Positions 58,848 through 64,000 of a DNA stretch of 64,000 bases are shown piece by piece. The stretch is from Fimbriosthenelais zetlandica. Its lineage: Eukaryota. The notes under the pieces were generated by a model. The model was not told the DNA's origin, did no database searches, and saw only the letters and a list, made by a program, of their open reading frames with translations. The position numbers were made by a program, and so were the translations under genes. Numbering within the stretch: the first letter of the stretch is position 1; each line of letters begins with the position of its first letter. Location of the stretch: positions 25,606,001 through 25,670,000 of the forward strand of contig OZ365110.1 in assembly GCA_977030845.1 (NCBI GenBank), read 5' to 3'.

Positions 58848-61806
58848 GTGAGGTGAATTACCAGAAATTAACCTTCATTTTAATGATTCTCGTTAAAGGG
58901 GATTAGTACAGATCTTTATTTAATTCTAATCAGCGGATACTAAAACGATTATTGTACTCCAAATCCCAACTTATTTATTCCCTAACATAGAGCAGTTTTT
59001 AAACGGATTTTAATATTAGATGTAATTTGGAGCGTTTTTTTTTTACAAGTGTTAAAAAATTTCCGATTTTGTCGATTATGCAAAGTCAGCAAAGTAGCTT
59101 TGAAAAACGTGGAAACCTTTCCTCAACGCTCTTAGACTTTCCTGTAGTTCAAAAGAATGACAGCAGAGGGCAGCATAAATAGGCCTATTTTTGTGTGGAG
59201 TATTATCAAAGTGCCTTTAGTGGTATTATAAGATCTTTGGTATTATATCTGTATGTGGAAGAAGATAATATTATTCCTAGGGAGGTTGATGTAGGCCCTA
59301 TACAATATATTATAATATAACAATTATAAATAGACCTGTACACAATGTTGGCTTTTGCAGATGTTGGGATATGTTTCTGGTAATTGGGCAGGGAAAAGAT
59401 AGCTTTAATTCAGTGAGGTAACCTAATAATTTGGGACTTGTGGGTTTGGCTTGTGGTGTTTCAGGACTTTAGGGTATTAGGCTTAAGGCGACAGTATAAG
59501 ATGGGTATTCGCCAGTATTAGGGGGTACTTAGCTCATTGACCCCTGATGCCTTTTGAAAACTTTATTTTAGTCACCACCTGGCCTCTTTTGTCTCCCCCT
59601 ATTCTGGTCGTACTGAACTTACCAACATTGTGATCTTCTACCAGCTGTACCCCTATTTTGTTATTTTCGGACTCATGAAAATTCCCTAACAAAATACATG
59701 TAACCCATTTGATGATCTCCATATAGGCATAAATGCACTTCTTATTACGCGGATAATCGGGATTAGTGCCTCAGTAAAAAGGAAATCTATTTTTGAACCC
59801 TTCAAACGCATTTCAAGTGGATCGATGTTGCCCGTTACACTTAAATTTAAAACTTTGGCCTAACATTGCTACCACATGGTTATAACTTAGAGTAAAATGA
59901 ATGTCATTTAGTCATTTTTGTCACTTTACTCTAAGGTTATAAATATAGCTCTAGATCCCCACAGTATTTATAAATGCTTTTAAATGAGGTCCCTCAGGAT
60001 GTGTGGATTCGTAGGGGACCTAATTATCATAATGGGGTATATTTGATCAGTAATTTTCTCGTTCCGGTCACTGACCAAAAGTGACCCCCACCCCCAGCCC
60101 TCACCCAACCCCCTGCCCTAGGCCATTACTTGCAACCTCTTATCGTTAGACGATGAAACAGGCCTGATGTTATCTATTCGTCCTGGAAATCAACCGTCCC
60201 AAATAGTGTACCTATTGAGTTAAATCACTCTATGATGTAACTTTAGGATAAATGGACAGATATAAAGAAAGATATTTATGTTGGCAACCGTTGAACAAAT
60301 TTCGAATAGGAACTAAGTTTATGGAGAGACACTTCCACACTTCTGGTGATGACTTAACAATTGTCTTAAATTTGACTATACTGTATAACATTTAACATTT
60401 AAAGTTTTAAATAAAACTGTATTCCTATGTTTTAATTAATAGCAGGGGAAATGAGTTCATTATTTTTAAATTTATCGTCAGAAAAATATATATACAAGTA
60501 TTTGTCTTCAGTTTCCTTGGCCTATATTTTGGGACATCTTTGGCGCGTGGTGTAACGTCCCCTGGTGACAGGCCCTGTACATGTGTATGTTGTGTGTGTG
60601 TGGGCGCGTGTGTGTCAACCTCCTATGCACACACATACACCTACACACAACGGCCACTCTACACACCACGCGGGCCTAAGCTTAGGTCCTAGTGAACATT
60701 GCTCCAATGGGATATTGTAGACTCTCTAATCTAAGTCTGTACATAGGTATACTACTGATAACACTTCCCCATAATACACAGGTGTGTCAGGTGTATGCCC
60801 AGGTGTAACACCCTGGAGCAGATAGCGTGCTAATCCAGACCCATGAGCCACTGGAGGAACTGTACTGAGTGGGATATACACAGGAGTTGTACCCTTTGGT
60901 TACAACCGACGACCACTGTGAGCGGGCTAGTGGTGTATATTAGTAGGTTACTAGAACGTTGGCTGGCTTTTGGTGGAAATAGACCTCTATTATATAGCTC
61001 TCTGTGTTGGAGGCAAAGAGCTGGAGGATCATAATCCATACAGCACTCAGGAGGAGTCAATATACCCACATAACCACCCTGGATTTACTAGGGATTCAAA
61101 AATTAACATTTACTGGCAACTTTTACAAAGTTTCCCATAGGAGTTCTGACACGTGAGAGTTTACACTGTTGAGGACCATTGAGTTTCATGTTGTTTCACT
61201 AACAAAACACAGCTGCTGTGGTCCTTACTGAAGTTTTGGAAAGACAAACAGCGGGACAAACACCCTTTTGTTCACCCCACTCTGTGTTATTGTCGGTGTG
61301 GGAGCTATATTTTGTACGTTAGGTCATTGATTGTGGATGCTGCGGGGTAAAACCCTGGCTTGATTGCTCCATCGTGTGAATTACAAGCGTGACGGAGGTG
61401 GGAGCTTGGAGACAACTAGTCTCCCAGGGTCACTAAAGGTCAGGGTAATGGGCATATAATAATATATCATGCCTGCTCTGTCACCTAGGCCTACATCCTC
61501 TATAATTTCCCATGGCATAATCTAATTTTGACCATTGTTTTGGGCCATTTATTGGTAAAATATAACATTTTGTGACAGTTCAATGGTGAATCATTCCTGA
61601 GCTTCTGTGAATGGATTATGTTTAATTGTTGTGTTAAAAAATAAGCATTTGGTATTTAGAACAATACTGAAGACCCAGATAAGTCGACATTTCCTATGAT
61701 GTGATTATTATTTGTAAGCTAGATTGTTTATAGAGCGACTCTACCTATCCTAGATAACCCCTTTGATAGGAAGCCAAATATACAAATGCTAACTGCATGT
61801 CTTCAG

Positions 61807-64000
61807 GGGCAGAAATGGCTTCCGTTACTGAAAACACAGGTACTGGTGACATGGAGGGGGTAAACCAGTCACCACCTGGTACAGTTAAAGACAAATGTGT
61901 CCAGGAATTAAAAGAAACCCCTTACAAAGAAGAATGTGAAAACACTGCTCCCAAAAATGACACTCTATCCGAAAAGGAACTAACTTCAAGTGACGAGCCT
62001 TTATCTGAAAATAAAGTTGTTTCTAAAGATCAAAATGGAGATGTTCCCAATGACGATGGTAAAACAGCTGATGATGATGTTGATCAACATAGAAGTGAGT
62101 CAGCTATTTCTGGGAATGAGTCAGCACAGGAATCTGTTACAGTTGAAAACAGAGAAGCAGATGTTTCCAAAAAAGTAACTGAACCTACCGAGGTAAAGCT
62201 TGACCAAGAAGTAAAAACATGTGATGAAGGGGTCAGTGATAGTGGACCCCAACCTGCTAATGTCAACACAACACCTGCTGTGTCCACAGAATCATCACCA
62301 GAAGAGACTGACCACAGCTTGAAACCACCCACAGTTACTGACAATATACAAGTGACAGAAGACAGTGAACATGCAGATAAAAGTACCACAGATGAACAAG
62401 TCCCTGTGGACAACTGTGATGGAATGATCCCTACAGTGCCCACTAATACTGATACAAACACAACTACTGACCCAGGGAGATCAGAAGGAGGGGGAAACCA
62501 AGATGAGGTTCCCGGTGATAATACTGATAACAGTGATAATACTGATAACAGTGATAATTTAAACAGTGATAAACCCAACAGTTCAAAAGACACTGATGTA
62601 AATAATATCAAAATTAATGAAGGGTGTACAACAAGTCCTGCTGCCACAGTTCCAGGAACTCCACACAATGCAGAACTTGTTACCATAGAAACAAATGATG
62701 CCAGTGAAAGTGTGTCATCACACTCAGAAGTTAACATCCAAGTGGGACAAATGAATATCGAGACAGGATCCGCAGGGGATATGTCTATAGGTCCATCTTT
62801 AACATCTGAACCCTCAGGGCCTGAGGATACAAATCTACCTGCAGGCACTGCACCAGGTGATGGACTGGACCAAATAGATGTGATAGTGGAGGGTGGTTCA
62901 GTGGATGAACAATTAGTTCACAATGAAGTGGACATACACACCGCAGGCTTACACATGCATGATGAAAACAATGCAGGCGTGACCACACTCGATGCCAACT
63001 CCTCACAGGGCGACCATCCCATTAGTGAAATTGAGCCTCAGCTACACACACAAGTCCCAGATCAGGATCCTACCACAAAGCAAACTTCTGTTGCCATAGC
63101 TACATCCTGTGGAGCAGTCCTTCAAGAAGAGGGGAATGATGGCACCGCTATAAATAGCACCAATGACACACATCCAGATGAAGAAATAGTGGATAGTAAT
63201 AATAGTAGTAATGCTGAGGGGGAAATGAGTCACAAAGAAAAACAACATGATGAAAATATAGGCGATGATTCAAATACTGGAGAAGAAAGATCCAAGAATA
63301 ATACTGCAGAGGAACTCCCCTCTCAAGCGGGGGAGAAAGTTTCAGATTCTTTAGTAGAAAATCAAAAAGATGCTGAGGTTAGTGATGAGAATAAAAATGA
63401 GGTTAGTAATGAGAAAGAACCAAACACCAGTGATATTCTATACACCCCTGATACTTCCATTTCTACTCCTGTACGGTCTCGAGAATCTGTTGATCCATAC
63501 AGTGCTGCATTGGAGGATGCCCTCGGTAACTCAAGTATCCTCTCTGCTGATTTAAGTGCTGAGTTGGGCCAATCTGACATAGAATCAACCAATCCTGCTA
63601 ATGAACCTGTAAACAGTAGCAATGAATCTGACATTACTTCAACTGCAAATGCCACAGATAAACCATTTGATACCTGTATTTCACACTCGGGCAATGAAGC
63701 AAGTAAAGCTGAATCAGTTGTTTCTGGTGATGCTGAGACTTTGGTGGGAGAAGGCGCTCATGTCTCCGTGCCAGAGAATGAGACACTTGACCATGGAACT
63801 ATTGGGAAGGAGTTGGAAGGAATCCAAGAAGACATGTCACCTTTGCCAGATGAGCAGGAGGAGACAGGTGAGAAACAGGTGGACATTAATGAAGAAAAGA
63901 CTGAAGGGTTCATTGCAGCAACAGTTACCACTACAATTACATCGATAAAAGCTAGTACCATAATAAGTGATATTGACACACCCAGTGTTGACAGCAGTGG
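61807..64000 (+). CDS. Very large acidic, Ser/Thr/Asn-rich low-complexity coding exon, open to the window end
   Basis: Acceptor ttcag| at 61806, ATG at 61815 (gaaATGG). Manual translation found no stop in 728 codons (MASVTENTGTGDMEG...DIDTPSVDSS). It is absent from the ORF track, presumably because no stop falls inside the window. Confidence 0.85.

Noticed and set aside
58894-59200. TTAAAGGG-initiated segment resembling a Kolobok-type element end
   Set aside because: No matching inverted terminus found within the window.
62084-63979. Antisense ORFs of 254, 110 and 73 aa
   Set aside because: Stop-poor mirrors of the + strand acidic exon.

Overview
Gene-dense nuclear DNA from an animal, AT-rich (roughly 35-40% GC by eye) with short GT-AG introns; probably a marine invertebrate (inference from repeat types and gene families; species not determinable). 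In order: a repeat-filled intron (1-4.8 kb); the 3' 21 exons of the meiotic crossover gene SHOC1 (+); a complete 20-exon glycine decarboxylase GLDC (-); a 2-exon cytosolic sulfotransferase (-); a 148-N gap; a divergent, coding-intronless TRPV-like channel (+) followed within 0.6 kb by a divergent calmodulin paralog (+); FBXO41 (-); and, from a shared bidirectional promoter, an unidentified + strand gene with several candidate alternative first exons and a >2.1 kb acidic exon running off the window end. Several non-autonomous DNA transposons are present (pogo/Tigger-like, a 5-bp-TSD element, a 90-bp mini-MITE, a foldback). Strongest lead: the adjacent TRPV-like and CaM-like genes, in which both halves of the canonical TRPV5/6-calmodulin pore-block contact appear substituted. 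Family assignments come from recalled motifs and manual translation with splice-phase checks, not from database searches.
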